From NCBI GenBank assembly GCA_044892525.1, contig CM097887.1, positions 80,082,397 through 80,146,396 of the forward strand: a DNA stretch of 64,000 bases, given 5' to 3'. The notes beneath the pieces are model-generated. The model saw nothing but the letters and a program-made list of their open reading frames with translations, did no database searches and was not told where the DNA came from. Both the position numbers and the translations under genes were made by a program. Source of the DNA: Schmidtea polychroa. Taxonomy: Eukaryota. Shown in pieces: positions 1-13,400 of this stretch. Each line of letters begins with the position of its first letter. The first letter of the stretch is position 1.

Positions 1-339
1 TATGAAATAGAGAGCCAGTTTATGTTTTTATGAGGATCTGCAGTTATTTGTTACGCATACCGGGATAAATGATGACTGGCTCTTCAAACGAGGGTTTGTA
101 GTTGGACTCCCATCAATGGTCTCCCACTAGCTCAGAGCTTTGCTAACATCTTCGAAATCAACCTTTCAGAAATTATTCGACAAGCTGGAGCACTAATATT
201 TGAACAAAACGGCTCTCCTGGTCTAATTGCAGTAAAAGAAAGTAGTTTTGGGCCATGCAAAGGAATTAAATTGTGCAATGGATGTAGAAATGATATCAAA
301 AATAAATGCCTCTTTCAAGACTGTTGAACATACGTCATT

Positions 340-496
340 TTTCCTCTTTTAGCTGCAGTATAAGGAAACAAGGGAAAAGTTCGACCTATTCTTGATATTA
401 GGGAAATGAATTCGCGAAAATCACATGGGAGAACAGTTATTGATGCTTGATTTGATAAAGGCTTATTTGCAATTACATGTGAGCAAAGATCGTTAA
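340..496 (+). pseudogene. Degraded Ty3/gypsy-like reverse transcriptase fragment
   Basis: Translates as PLLAAV*GNKGKVRPILDIREMNS and, after a frameshift, LDLIKAYLQLHVSKD, resembling the KVRPVLDxRELN and DLxKAYLQ motifs of an invertebrate LTR-retroelement RT; contains stops and a frameshift. Confidence 0.5.
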
Positions 497-1046
497 ATAT
501 GTTTAAAATAAATAAGGGTTATATTTGGCTGTTAAGTAAATTATGTTGTAAAATGTTAAATTAATTAATATAAGGATAAATAGGTAAATTAATGATAATT
601 AAATAAATTATGGTCTCAAATTTTAAAATTAAGTAATTAATGGTCGAAAATTTTAAATTAAAGTAATATTTTTAAATTAGGTAATGTTAGGCCAGGAACA
701 ACAAAAGTTCCGATAATCAGTTTCAGTAGACATAACACCTAGCTTCTATGTAAAGAAGCAAACCGAAAGATATTACGCCTAGAACATTGTCGAGACAGTG
801 TGCTGGAGGAAAATCATAACCAGCGACTCACAATTAAGGTCCAATCAGGAACACTGCACCACATCTATTCTGAAGCGGAACTACGTAAACGAGTAGCCGA
901 GTACCATGCCACCGATCGGGACAATGTTTTCCCAGGTCATCATTGGCCCGAAGATACTAGAACGTCTAAGGGGTCATCATGCTCGAATCACGGAGCAGAA
1001 CTATCTCCATCGCCAACTCCTGATGTCATGTAAGTCGGTACGATAA

Positions 1047-1380
1047 CAGGGATNNNNNNNNNNNNNNNNNNNNNNNNNNNNNNNNNNNNNNNNNNNNNNN
1101 NNNNNNNNNNNNNNNNNNNNNNNNNNNNNNNNNNNNNNNNNNNNNNNNNNNNNNNNNNNNNNNNNNNNNNNNNNNNNNNNNNNNNNNNNNNNNNNNNNNN
1201 NNNNNNNNNNNNNNNNNNNNNNNNAATTACAATGGTAATTCTTCTCAGTACGAGAGGAACCGCAGATTCGGATCACTGGTAAATGTGCTTGATCGAAAGG
1301 TCATTGGCACAAAGCTACCATCCGAGAGATTAAGACTGAACGCCTCTAAGTCTGAATCTAGCCCAGAAGTAATGATAATT
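1047..1380 (+). rRNA. Orphan 28S rRNA fragment (3' region), partly N-masked (1054-1224)
   Basis: From 1225: ATGGTAAT..CTCAGTACGAGAGGAACCGCAG..AAGCTACCATC..GACTGAACGCCTCTAAGTC matches conserved eukaryotic LSU 3' core; CAGGGAT just before the gap matches the conserved CAGGGATAACTGG. Not embedded in an rDNA unit. Confidence 0.85.
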
Positions 1381-1549
1381 CAGTGCCTACCTAGTAAAAA
1401 GGCAAATGTATTATCTAATGGTTCGTCCATTGAATGTGGCTTAGCCATTTAAACTCGAACCAATCTATGAAAATAGGTTATATGTTTGAATTATATTTAT
1501 GATTTACGTGTTGGCATTAAATCGTTTGCATATGACTTAACTGATTTGA

Positions 1550-4145
1550 AAGATTAAAATATTTTAGAAAATATGTAAAAATTTGTTACTATCGCTATTG
1601 ACCAAATAAAAATTATGAAATTAGTTATCCCAGTTATTCCAGTACAGACATCGAAAATGGCCACTCTTCTTCCGGTTGTCCAATGTAGTATCATTGAGTC
1701 TTGACCTAATTTTTGTTGAAAATGCTCCAGCGGCGGAAAAGGCTCTCTCTGCTTCAACACTTGTTGGGGGAATACACAACAAGTTTTTGTAAATTATTTC
1801 CAAAAATGGTCCACGAGATCCACCTTCGTCCCAAAATTTTAATTAATTTCGAATCGCAGATTGAATTGATGTTTTTTTTTAATTCTTGTTGTCGGCTGTA
1901 AAAGTGACTGCTGGATTTTTTGCTGCAACAATTTCTGTAAGGAGGGCTGCGTTTCACTTTCAAAAAATTCATTGGGTTCAATTACTAAATCAGAATCAGA
2001 CTCGGAATCCATTGAATCAACTTCAGTCAGTAATAGAATAATTTTATTTATTTCTGTTTTCGAGTGACCGGAAATGCTCTTGTGAATTTTTGTTTTGCCA
2101 CCATTATGCAAATATTGTAGCACATCAGATAAAATAGTTCTTCTCCGATTGAACTGAAGTTCTATCTCTTTTTTCAATTCAAGGGCAAATTCGTCATTCC
2201 CACTAAATTTTGTAACATAAACGTAAATGTTGCATCCGCAGAAATTAAATTTGCATCTGCACGGCATAAGGCGTCTACGGCTAATTTTTCTGGCATCAAA
2301 TTTTTAGATATTCGTGATATCGAATCCCATTCTGATTCATATAAAATTATGTCGGTTTTATGTCAATTAGTGCTTTTTTTAATGAAGTTTTCAAAATATT
2401 AAAACGCTCTAACATAGACAACATGCTATTCCATCTAGTTTTCGAATCTAACACATGTTGTAATTCTTTTTTATGATCTTGCTTCACGTATTTTTGAAGC
2501 ACTTCATTTTTCAAAGGAGAACGAGGAAAGGTTTTAACAATTTTCCGAACTTTTGTGATTAATTCTCGTAGTTGAAAGTTTCCAGTGGTTTCCATAACAT
2601 CAGTTTCAATTCACATATCTACCCGCATTCCATTGTCATCATCCTCATCATCAGTAAGATTTTCTTCATCTAACTCAAAGTTCGGTTCATTTTCATTATT
2701 GTCCTGCTCTACTTCGTTTTCTGTTGCATTATCTACTAAATCCATCGTTTGCTTTTTATAGAGTACATTACCAATTGCAATTTGAATTACATGAGCAAAA
2801 CATAAAATTTGTTCGCAGGGTAACAATCTACCAACTTTTTGCATCATGGAGGCACCATCTGTAACAATGCAAAAAATATCATTTCCAATATTTAATTGGC
2901 ATGATTCAAGCTTTTTTCCAGCAATTTTATACAATCTTCAGACGCAAATCGGCCATTAATGCGAGCCAATCCCAAATTCCAGACCCGATCTCCTGATCCA
3001 TGCACGTTAACATTCATAAAACGTCTGTTTCGAGAAGAACTTCATTCGTCAAGTATCAGACTGAAACGTACGTTTCTGTTTTTTTCAGAAATAATTCCCG
3101 AAATTATCGACTGCTGAATTTTTTTGCTGAAATCCATCACGACTTTTTGTATACTGGTAGGTGATTTCGGAATATCACAAAATCCCCGTGTTCGTAAACA
3201 TTTTCTTAAATCGTCTGAAGCTACCATTCGAGATATTACTGCAGCAAAACTTTCGTCTACTTTTGAAATATAAAAATCTTTAATCGTTTTGATTTTTGTA
3301 GCTAAATTGCCGGTATTCGCACCAGCAGCATCCGTATCATCAATTTTTCGTTTATTTAAAATCTTGTTATGTTTAGTCCGCAAATGGATGTGCATGGGTG
3401 TCGTACACCCACCCAATATCTTTAAAACCTGCCTACATTGTGGACATTTCGCCATTTGAGTTTTTATCCCTCGTAAAAAATGATTCCACACTGAATTTGA
3501 AGTACTCTCTTTGGAGACATCTATAAAAATTTCGTCTTTCTTATCCGCCATCCTTGGGATTAAAAATATGTACACAAGAAATATATGAAATTTTGAAACT
3601 AATAAAACCTACCTATATCAAATGCTACCGTGTAGAATTGAACTTGAATGGTTAATTAAATATTTATATTATTAAAATAAAATGTAATGATTTACTGATT
3701 ACTAAATTTAATATTAAATATTAGACAGGAGGACGTTATTAAAATGATAATGATTTACTGTTTATTTATACTAAATTTACTATTACACTTAAATATAACA
3801 TATAACACAACACAACACAACACAACACAGGAAAAAACATTTCTATTATGATATGATTTCACAAAAAATTTAAATGTCAAAACGAATAACATTATTTTTA
3901 TTTCTTATGGCAAACTGTTTGTACTTTTTTTTTAAATAAATCGTTACAATACAAAGTAATATAGTTTTTTTGTATATTTTTTTTGTCAGTCGCTGGAATT
4001 CCGTGTAATTTGTTAAAAAGCAAAAAAAATATTTAAATGCGAATAATCCGGAATTCGATTCATTTCAATTCCGGAATTTCGAATTTAAAAAACAAGGCGG
4101 AATTTCGGAATTCCGAAATTTCGTAATCCGGATTTGGATTCCCTA
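1550..4145 (-). mobile_element. Decayed hAT transposon (BED-finger transposase pseudogene)
   Basis: Fragments in order: BED finger VWNHF..AKCPQC..HLRTKH and LDE (3042-3575), VTDGAS..CFAHVIQ (2611-2934), LDSKTRWNS (2347-2595), dimerisation IPPTSVEAERAFSAAG (1621-1803); 5' end TAGGGAATCC at 4145 with clustered GGAAT/ATTCC subterminal repeats; other end not found. Confidence 0.85.
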
Positions 4146-5089
4146 TTCGAGATCTTATCTTTATGACTGCTCTAGTTTCGAAGGTTGGAGAAGGTTTGAA
4201 ATAACTTTGATGGTTTGGGTTTCTGGGTATTGGTTTTTCCAGTGGAATGCGGATACTTCTAGATTGTTCTTTTACCTTGAGGATTCTATTATTCTCTGGG
4301 TTTTGGTTTGGTTTTAAAATATTTTTTGACCTTATTAATTGATTCTTTTATTTATTATTTTCTTCTTTCGGATATTGCAGATTTTTCGAATGCGTTATTT
4401 TTCCCTTAACTATGTTGGTGTTTATCTTTATCACTTTTATCATACGTGTTTATATATCCTCAATGTGTACTTTACTAAGTATTATGTGATGTATAGTCAT
4501 AATTTTATAATAATACCATATATTTCAAAAGCATTCAAACAAACTCTAAATTTTAAGGTTCTAGCCCAATAATAGACAAATAATAAATACGCCTCACTAT
4601 AGTGCATTCTACACTTTGACATAACCATAGAGGTAGGTCAGTATAACCGTGATTGATTGAAAGCGAATTTCAAATCGAATTATCATTTTTAATCGATGAT
4701 TAAAACAGAATCGTCTAAAAAATTCGGCGCCCGTAAAAAATAATGCGCCCCTCTTCATAAGAAAATTAGATAAAGAACGTTTAGATATAGAAATACACCC
4801 AGACGTCGAGTATACATAGGTGCTCACATTTAATTCGTCTATCAATGTTTATACCATCATTAATTATTGTAATATTGTCATTCCAGCACATTTGAATATA
4901 AAAGTCAGTTAAATATTCTAAAAAATTGTTTTAATTTAAGAATACGTGAAATGAATTTCTATTAAACTAATAACTAAATAACTAATAATAACAAAATAAC
5001 ATATACAATTCAAATAAAAATTGTCGCCCTGATAGGCTTGCGCCCTGGGGCTATAGCCTATTTAGCCCCGTGATTAGGGTGAGACTCAG

Positions 5090-5865
5090 CCTTTGTTGTC
5101 CCATGCAACTTCTAACTTCATTTTTTATTCTTTACAACTTTGAAAATGATTTTTCTCCGCTGCAGTTTGATGTCATCATTGAGAGATAGATGCGAAGTGC
5201 GATGTGAGCATTCGGGAAAGACTGTGTAAAATTTAGCTCATTCAAAAACAGCAACATCTTTAGGTCTGTGCATGTGTTTTGAGGTTCGCATTGTGCTTCT
5301 TCCTGTCCTTGACCCTGGCCCTGGGACTGGACAATAACTGTCTTGAAGAGCTCGGAAAATTGAACTAACTCTGAAGGAAAGCAGTCTTCGAAATCACTTG
5401 AATATTCTTCCATTACCTTGGCTGCTGCCCTCGGATGGCGTCATTGCTGACCTCAGTTAGGTTTGTAAGAAACCCAAAGTTCTCATGAATGTCTTCATAT
5501 GCGTGTAGGTATTTTATTTATTATTCCACTACGTAATTTCCTCGTGTGTCCATACTTATCCAACACACCTTTCGCTCAGCTCTGTTATCTAGAACGGTTG
5601 TTGTGGTCACACTTATATTACATCAATTATTCTTAGTTATCCAATAGTTTGTTCTGAGATAGATGTTTTTAATTCAGCAAAAAAACCATCGTTTTTAACA
5701 CCTACTGTAATAACACAGTAATCGACATATTAGAAGTTTTAAGCTTGATTTTTTTGTAAAAGCATAATATGCTACTCTAATTTTATTTTTAATTTTAAAT
5801 TTTTGGCGCCCTAAAAATTGGGGGCCCTGGCTTTAGTCCGATCAGCCCCCCTTAATCCGCTATTG
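5090..5865 (-). mobile_element. hAT remnant (C-terminal dimerisation region plus one end)
   Basis: ORF 5132-5413 FPNAHIALRIYLSMMTSNCSGEKSFSKL; hAT-like terminus CAATAGCGGATTAAGGGGGG on the minus strand ending at 5865. Confidence 0.65.
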
Positions 5866-6205
5866 CCCTGGAGTAAAATGTAGGATGAGTTTTGAATCCT
5901 AAAAAGCTATTTACTAGTCACATTAGTTTTAATAAATTATACTCGTTAGATTTTCATCCTTAGGAAGTGGGTCGTAATTGTTAATTCAAATAGTAAAAAA
6001 ATTTACTAAAAATACCCTTATTATTATTGTTATCTAAAATAATTAATCTATATATCCAATTGAAAATAATTTATTTCTAAATGCATTATAAATTTCGGAA
6101 TAGTTTGTGTTTTAATTTAAGGAATAATTAGTTTACTATTTGAAATAGTTTATTTTTTAATTATTTATTGAATAATTTTTATTAAATTTACCAAAAAATT
6201 AAATA

Positions 6206-9003
6206 ATGGCATGTGATGAATTTATGGGATGTCTCTTGACAGGCTTTGGTATACCTATCGTTTTAGTATTATTTACTATTATAACTCACCCATTAAGAAT
6301 AATTACACTAATTATCAGGTTTAATTAATTAAACTTCCATTTCAAAATTTTTAAAATTTAATTATTAAATTTTCAGTGCAAGCTTTTGGTTAGTTTCATT
6401 TTTAATTTCTTCAATATTATGGCATGCTGTCGTACCCTTGAGAGAGAAGGTGGCTTTTGGTTTGATATTTTCTGTTATTTTCCAAGAATTTGTTCGTTTT
6501 CTATTTATTTATTGTCTCCAGTGAGTTATGAATGGTTAAATGAAATTTTTCTGACGTTTAATATCTAGCAAAATAGATCGAGGCATAAAGTTAATTATTT
6601 TGGACTTCAAAAGTGATGAGTCTAGTATTGATAGATCGTTGATTAGCAATGCCGATTTCGCAACAACATCGGGTATTGTCATCCCAAATCGACTAGATGA
6701 AACCAATAACGATGGAAATAAACCTCTTATTAATGATGGGAAGCTGACAGATAATGTTTTCAATGTAACTATGTTTGCTTATGTTGGCGGATTGGGATTC
6801 GGGCTGATGTCGGGACTGTTTGCCACCGTGAACATGTTGGAGGCCCTTAATGGACCTGGCACGCTGGGATATTATGGTCAATCTGCCAATTTCATTAATT
6901 TATATGGTTAATATTTATTGATTTGTTTACTCATACCTCTTGGGTTGGGAAGGGGGGGGTTATTTTTTTATAGGTTTCCTTTGTTTCTAGTTTCGTGTTT
7001 CCGTATTTGCAATCTTGAATTGATAACTTTGATTTCATTGCAAATTATTTTCATCAGGCTGTTAATGAGGCAAAATTTGATATGATCGCATCAATATTAA
7101 TATTTTCAGACTTCTATTTTTTGGATAACATTTAATATTAATTATTTAATTTGGCCAACCTTAAAATTTCTTCAAAATTCAAAAAAAATGAAAATAAAAC
7201 TACTTGACCGGATTGGGTAATTGGAAATAGAGCCGTGGGCAGAGGCGGGGGGGGTTTGCGTACCGCTGATTTAAAGTTTAATATTTTTATTTTATTTACT
7301 TAATTAATTATTATAATTATTAGTTAATTATATAATTGAAGTTGATAATTAATATAAATAAATACGCCAATCCCTCGATTTTATTGGCACTTAAAAATCA
7401 ATAATCACGACAATCAATAATCGTGAAAATTAATAATCGCGACTGTAATAATTATTATTGAAATTGATAATTAATATAAATAAATACGCCAATCCCTCGA
7501 TTTTATTGGCACTTAAAAATCAATAAATGCACTTTAAAATAAATTTTAAAATAATAAATTTTAAAAATCAATAATCACGACAATCAATAATCGTGAAAAT
7601 TAATAATCGCGACTGTAATAATTATTATTGAAATTGATAATTAATATAAATAAATACGCCAATCCTTCGATTTACGCGGTAGATACGTTCCAAGAAAATA
7701 ACGCTCAAATCGAAACCGAGTAAATCGAGACTTCAAATTCATACAAAAATGATAGATAGGTTCCAGAAACTCGCGTAAATTTAGGTATCGACATTTAAAT
7801 TTTAAATTGTAAAATTAATAACATGTTCATAGTTAAAAGCTATATTAAAAGGAATAATTGTAATTTAATTATTCCACCTCCTCACTACTATATTCTAATT
7901 CAACCAATTTTTTCTTTTTGGTTGGCTCGAAATCGCTACTATCATCGGATTCAAACCCAGCTGCGTGCTCTTCTTCTAGTCTTATTAAATAGACTGTAAC
8001 CAATTTTTCTGTTTTGTTTTTTTTAAATCTTTGTAAATTTCACTGTATTGTGCTCAAAGGCTTTTAACAGCACGGTCAATATCAGGATCAGTGGCCAAAA
8101 CCTTATTTTCTAATTTACTGGCCAATTGTAAAATGCATTTGAGAGACACTTGCCACCAAATATGTTTGTTTTCATTAAATATATATATTATTTTTATGAC
8201 CGCGTAATTCGAGGGATTGGTTTAATATTTTACAGATTTCTATTTTGTGGATTAAAATGTATTATTTAATATTAATTAATTAGTATAATTACAAGTGATG
8301 GGATTTATAAAATTTTTTAATTAATAATTTAATTAATTGGAATCATTACTTTTTAAAGTTAAAAATATTGATTTGATTAATTGATTATTTTAATTAATAA
8401 TTATTAATATTTTTATAAATTTGGTTTAATATTTGAAAGTCACAAATTTTAAAAATTACATTATATGGCAAATTGAATAAATTACATGATAAATGGATTA
8501 AATAACATAAAAAATTACTGCTTGAATTTTATAAATTATTTTTATCGGTTATCGGTTAATTATTTGCCTTTATTATTTAATGGTAATGCTCACTCTGATC
8601 TCATTCTATTTGACCTTGATTCGATTCAGCGGGCCAAACCTTACTGGTGATTCTGTTCCACGTTGCGTTTAATGTAATCATGTCTAAAGCATATCAGATG
8701 AAATCCTACGTGAAAATCAGTGCAGTTGTCTTGCTTCACATGATCTACTCGTGCTTGGTAAGTTGGAAAATCCTCAGCCTGGTGGTTTGATAACATTTTT
8801 AGACACTTGCAAATATATTTCCTTCACCAGCATCGGAAATCGTTCTCGGACTCAATTGCGGCTTTTGCATATTGTCTTGTTGTTGGGCATTCAAGGAAGC
8901 CGGTGGAAATTTCTCACGAATCTCTTGGTGCATTCGACTGAATTTCGCACGATTCAATCGATTTTTAAAGCAAACAGTACGGCCCAGGCGCAGCAATGAA
9001 TAA
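6206..9003 (+). CDS. aph-1: Gamma-secretase subunit Aph-1, 307 aa, 5 exons
   Basis: join(6206..6318,6377..6520,6569..6906,8630..8757,8803..9003), all GT-AG and frame-consistent (924 nt). Motifs FMGC..FG..HPLRII, FQEFVRF, AYVGGLGFGLMSG, GPGT, ILFHV and LLHM (the two conserved His), WAFKEAGG. Confidence 0.92.
7337..7672 (+). repeat. Short tandem duplication (3 partial units) in aph-1 intron 3
   Basis: TTGATAATTAATATAAATAAATACGCCAATCCYTCGATTT recurs near 7345, 7465 and 7635; units of about 122 and 169 bp. Confidence 0.8.
7657..8222. mobile_element. Tc1/pogo (Tigger-like) non-autonomous element
   Basis: Imperfect TIRs CCAATCCTTCGATTTACGCGGT / ACCGCGTAATTCGAGGGATTGG flanked by TA on both sides. 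Confidence 0.6.
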
Positions 9004-9176
9004 TGATGCTGTCTTGTTGGGAAATATTTATTCTTTGTTTTTATTTTGAATATTTTGTACATTTGATTGCTCCAGTTTCCTTGATTTGATTTGATTTTAT
9101 TGTTTATTTTGTATTGATTGTGGTTCTGGGATGTTTGGCACTATTTTGGTAAGTTTATTATCAAGGTAATCTAATG

Positions 9177-9277
9177 CAGCGTTTCTCAACTGCTGGTTCG
9201 CGAAAACTGAAATTGGTCCGCGTACAAAGAATAGATAGATTTTTGATCCGTAGTATGTTTTGGGTTGAGTAACACTG
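9177..9277. mobile_element. 101-bp hAT-type MITE
   Basis: TIRs CAGCGTTTCTCAAC / GTTGAGTAACACTG; 8-bp TSD ATCTAATG / ATCTAAAG. Confidence 0.7.
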
Positions 9278-10474
9278 ATCTAAAGGGAAAGAAAAGCGAT
9301 CCAATGGATTCCTTACATTTCATTGGATGACTGATAACTGGAAATATTGACAAAGAAGGGTATATTAAGGTCGTTTAAACTACTACATGGCAGCAATAAA
9401 TGAATCGGTAGGATACGTTTGGACAACCCTAGAAAATTCAAGAGAAATTATCGTTGAGACAAATAATCACATTTCTGTTAATTTTGGAGTACTATCCCTT
9501 CACATATTTAAGTTTTGGTTGTAACAAATATTAACTCGTATTATGTGTATAATTATGAAGACTCAACAAATTTTAAATTACTGATAAATAACATTTTTTT
9601 ATAAATTAAATTCAATTGTGAAAGTGGATTTTCACTGTTGTAAAAAGTCATAACTCAATATCCCAGGAAATTTGGAAATACGAGATTCACTTACACGTGA
9701 ATACTTTTTGGTTTTATTTGCAAGATGTTGGATTAAAGCCACAATTATTGTTTGGTTTTCTGTGATTAATTTTGGTTTTCCTCTAAAATTAGTTTTACTT
9801 TTAGCTCGTGATTTAATATTTACGAACTTATTATATTATTGCCAATTTTTTGATTTTTTGTGTTTCTATTTTAGATTCGAAAATTGGATCTGATAAAATC
9901 TTAATTATATCTAAACTCAATAAATGAAGATGTATTTATAGTGTATTATTTAATTCCTCTAATTGCATTTACATGATTTATTATTTGTCTCCAATAACTG
10001 GATGATTTTATTTGTCGAATGACTTTGCTTTCTGGACTTCCACCGATTCAATTCTTTGTGTATTGTTATCAAGATTCTGGATACCCAGTTCAAACTAAAA
10101 AGATTGACCCGTACTCTCAATCTTCCTACATAATTTCAAGTTGCTGATTGTATCGTAGAGTTACAGCTATTTGCAAGTGTTGGAGTCGTCACTCGGTTGA
10201 CACTAGATGAAATTACATTAAGGTCTCTTATCGAACTTAGAAACACAAAACTGTCGAACCTGAGTAGTGAACCAAATGACCGTTTTCACATCATGTTACC
10301 CATGATTTGCATCATGTTGGTTCTGCACCACGATGGCAGAACATGATGGAACAGGTGAGCCCCTGCCTGAGGAATACTCTTTCATCATGATCCGACTCAC
10401 TCCTTCTGACTGGGCTTACGTCTATTCATGTTTTCAGCACACCCCGGGATATGGAAATCTCACATCACCTATAC

Positions 10475-13400
10475 CAGGGATGGCGAACATTTTTTTGACT
10501 GCGTGCCAATAAAAATAATTTTTATAAAAAGAAAATACATGCGTTATGAAAAATTACATATATGTTGAACTGAAAACGAGAACTGAGAGTTTGTTTTAAT
10601 CGATCGAAAATACCTCACACAAAAACCGCAAATTTGAAAATAATCTATGATCAAGATTTAATATAAAATAAATAAAATAAGTTACATCACACATTAAGAA
10701 TCCATAAACCCTGTATAATAGAATAAAGAGATAAATGAATTTAACAGAAAAATTCAACACTTAAAAATTCCGATAGGAAAATAATAAAATGTAAATAGAA
10801 TTATTTGAAAATTATTTAAACGATATAGAAATTAAATCGTCAAAATAATAAAATTAGTTAACAGTATGTAAATTGTAAAGTTTATAGAATTAAATGGTTA
10901 GAATTATATAACTTATTAAATTTGAAGAATAAAAGTGTTTAAATTAATAAAAATTAAAATAACTCAAATTATTTAAATTATAAAATTTATAAAATTAAAT
11001 TATTAAAATTAATAAAAAATTAAATAATTAATTAATTAAATTAATGAAATTAAAATTAAATAAATAATTACACACATTCATGCATGTGTGCAAAATCAAT
11101 TCAAAATTTCTCGCACTCTGATTGGATAGAGTGACAGCGCATGCATGAATGCGCATTCAAAATCAGTATAAATACTGATCACAAATTCATTTGAAAAACT
11201 CTTTTTTCAACATCGCCACTTAATTTGCAGACAGTAAAGCTCTCAGTTTCGATTTTATGCCAACGTGGATGTGGTAATTTATTTGTTATTATTCTTGTAA
11301 TTTTTACTAAGTGTTTTAATTAATAAATTTTATATGCAATTAATGTCTCAGTTAAATTTTCTGGTGGTGTTCTTTTTAATTGTTTAATTTCATTTAGTTT
11401 CAAGTTTTGAATAATAGTTTTTATTGAGTTCAATTATATTATTTGTTGATTGTGAACGATAGTAACGTGAAGTTGAGGAACTTCATGTCATGGTATGAGG
11501 TGCCTTCGGGAGCTCAGCCGGTGGACATGAGGTTCTTCAATCACGCAGCTGGATTGGGCCGAAATGTGGGGGCTTCCTCACGGGTCCTATCGCTGGAAGT
11601 ACTTTGGTCAAACATAGGTTAGGACTGAGAATACAGGCAGATCCCTGCTCAATTTTTTTGAAGAACAATTTAAATATTATGGGAAGTGTGGATTAACTTG
11701 GAAATAAGGGCCGATCCCTGCTCAAACATTTTTTGCGAGATAGGTTAAATATTCATAAATATCAAGGAAAATACCTAGCAACATTTATTAATAGAAAAAT
11801 AAGGGCGCATCCCTGCACAAAATTTTGAAACGAAACAATAGAAAACATCTGGAAATGAGGACCATAACCGAATGAGATAGAAAAGTAGAAATAGAAAATG
11901 ATCAATGACGTAAGACCTTCTATCGGCCGTCTAGGACCCGAAGAGAAAATACAATGGGGAGTAGTTTTAGCAATAGAGCTCACCTGCTCATTGTTTTTTT
12001 CGCCTTTGTGTACAGTACCAACATGGTCGTCGCCATGGGTACACAAATGGTTAAAGTACAATAGTCATGGAGGTGCTTAGGAAAGAGTCGAACGATTATG
12101 ATTACCCCTAACGTATTTTAAAATGTAAAAATGACACACCCCTAAGTAACTAACATATACATGGATTTCTATAACTATTTTACATAATTTTCAATGAGAT
12201 TTTTGTTGTTGAATAGTTTTCGATAATTCACCAATATCCGGATGATAGTTTGACAATTTTAATGAAATATAAACCTCGTCACATTCGTCGGTAAGTCTAT
12301 TTCGTACATCAGATTTTATGTTATTCATTAGCGAAAATAAGCTTTCACAGCTATACGTTGATGAAAATATTGTAAGAATAGCTAAAGATAATTTCTTCAT
12401 CGCATTAAATGTCTCTGGAAGCGAACACCATGTCTTCAACAAAATATTATTCATGTTTTCATATTCTTCTTCATTTAATCTTTTTTTTCATTATTTTCCA
12501 TTTCATGTCTCAACTCTATAAATTTCTGTTTCCAAATAGAACTTGATTGAAACTCGGCCAACTGCATTTCTAAATTCACCAACTTTAACCATTCTAACTG
12601 ATCAATTTTAGTAGTTTCCAAATCGAACTTGTCTGGATATTTAATAAAGTTAATTGACGGTGCAAATATTTTGAAATCTTCAAATCTCTTAACAAAATTG
12701 TCTTGTATGCCACTTATAACTTGGCTATAAAAATTTACATTAATTTCATAGACACCATGAATGGAAAAATTTTGAATATGATCTTTCAACAATGAAAAAT
12801 ACTTAAAAGTTTTGTTGTCAAAATCGCGTTTAAATATTACTAATTTGGCCTCAAAACTTTTAATAATATCGAACATCACATCAATTGATTTTCCGGGGCC
12901 TTGCAATTTAATATTTAATTCATTTAAATGGTTGGAAATATCAGTCAGAAACATTAATTTGGTAATCCAGTCGTTATCAAAAAGTTCAGGAAATTCGGAT
13001 TTTTTATCATTAAGAAACATTATAATTTCATCAAAACATTCTACAAAACGCTGTAACACAAATCCTCGACTAAGCCAGCGTACGTGATTATACATTAACA
13101 ATCCATGGTAATTAGAACCAACCTCTTGTAAAAGCAACTGAAATTGTCTCTTATTTAAAGCTCGGGCTGCTATAAAATTTATTATTTTGGAAACAATACT
13201 TAAAATATCATCAAATTTTGTCAATCCAGACTTCGCACATAGAACTTGTTGATGAATTATGCAATGAAAATTAATAATTGGATGTTCAACGTGTTTTTGA
13301 AAAAGAGACACAAAACCAGCTTGCCAACCTATCATTGAGGGAGCTCCATCAGTTGTAATTGACACTATTGTTGATGTATCTATCTCAGCTATTTCAAACG

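Noticed and set aside
60-170. NGLPLAQSFANIF resembling the Penelope RT motif MGSPLxxxLANIF
   Set aside because: Too short and degenerate, with no second motif in register.
9050-9150. Hydrophobic stretch after aph-1 that looked like a final exon
   Set aside because: Contains an in-frame TGA; the true last exon (WAFKEAGG) is 8803-9003.
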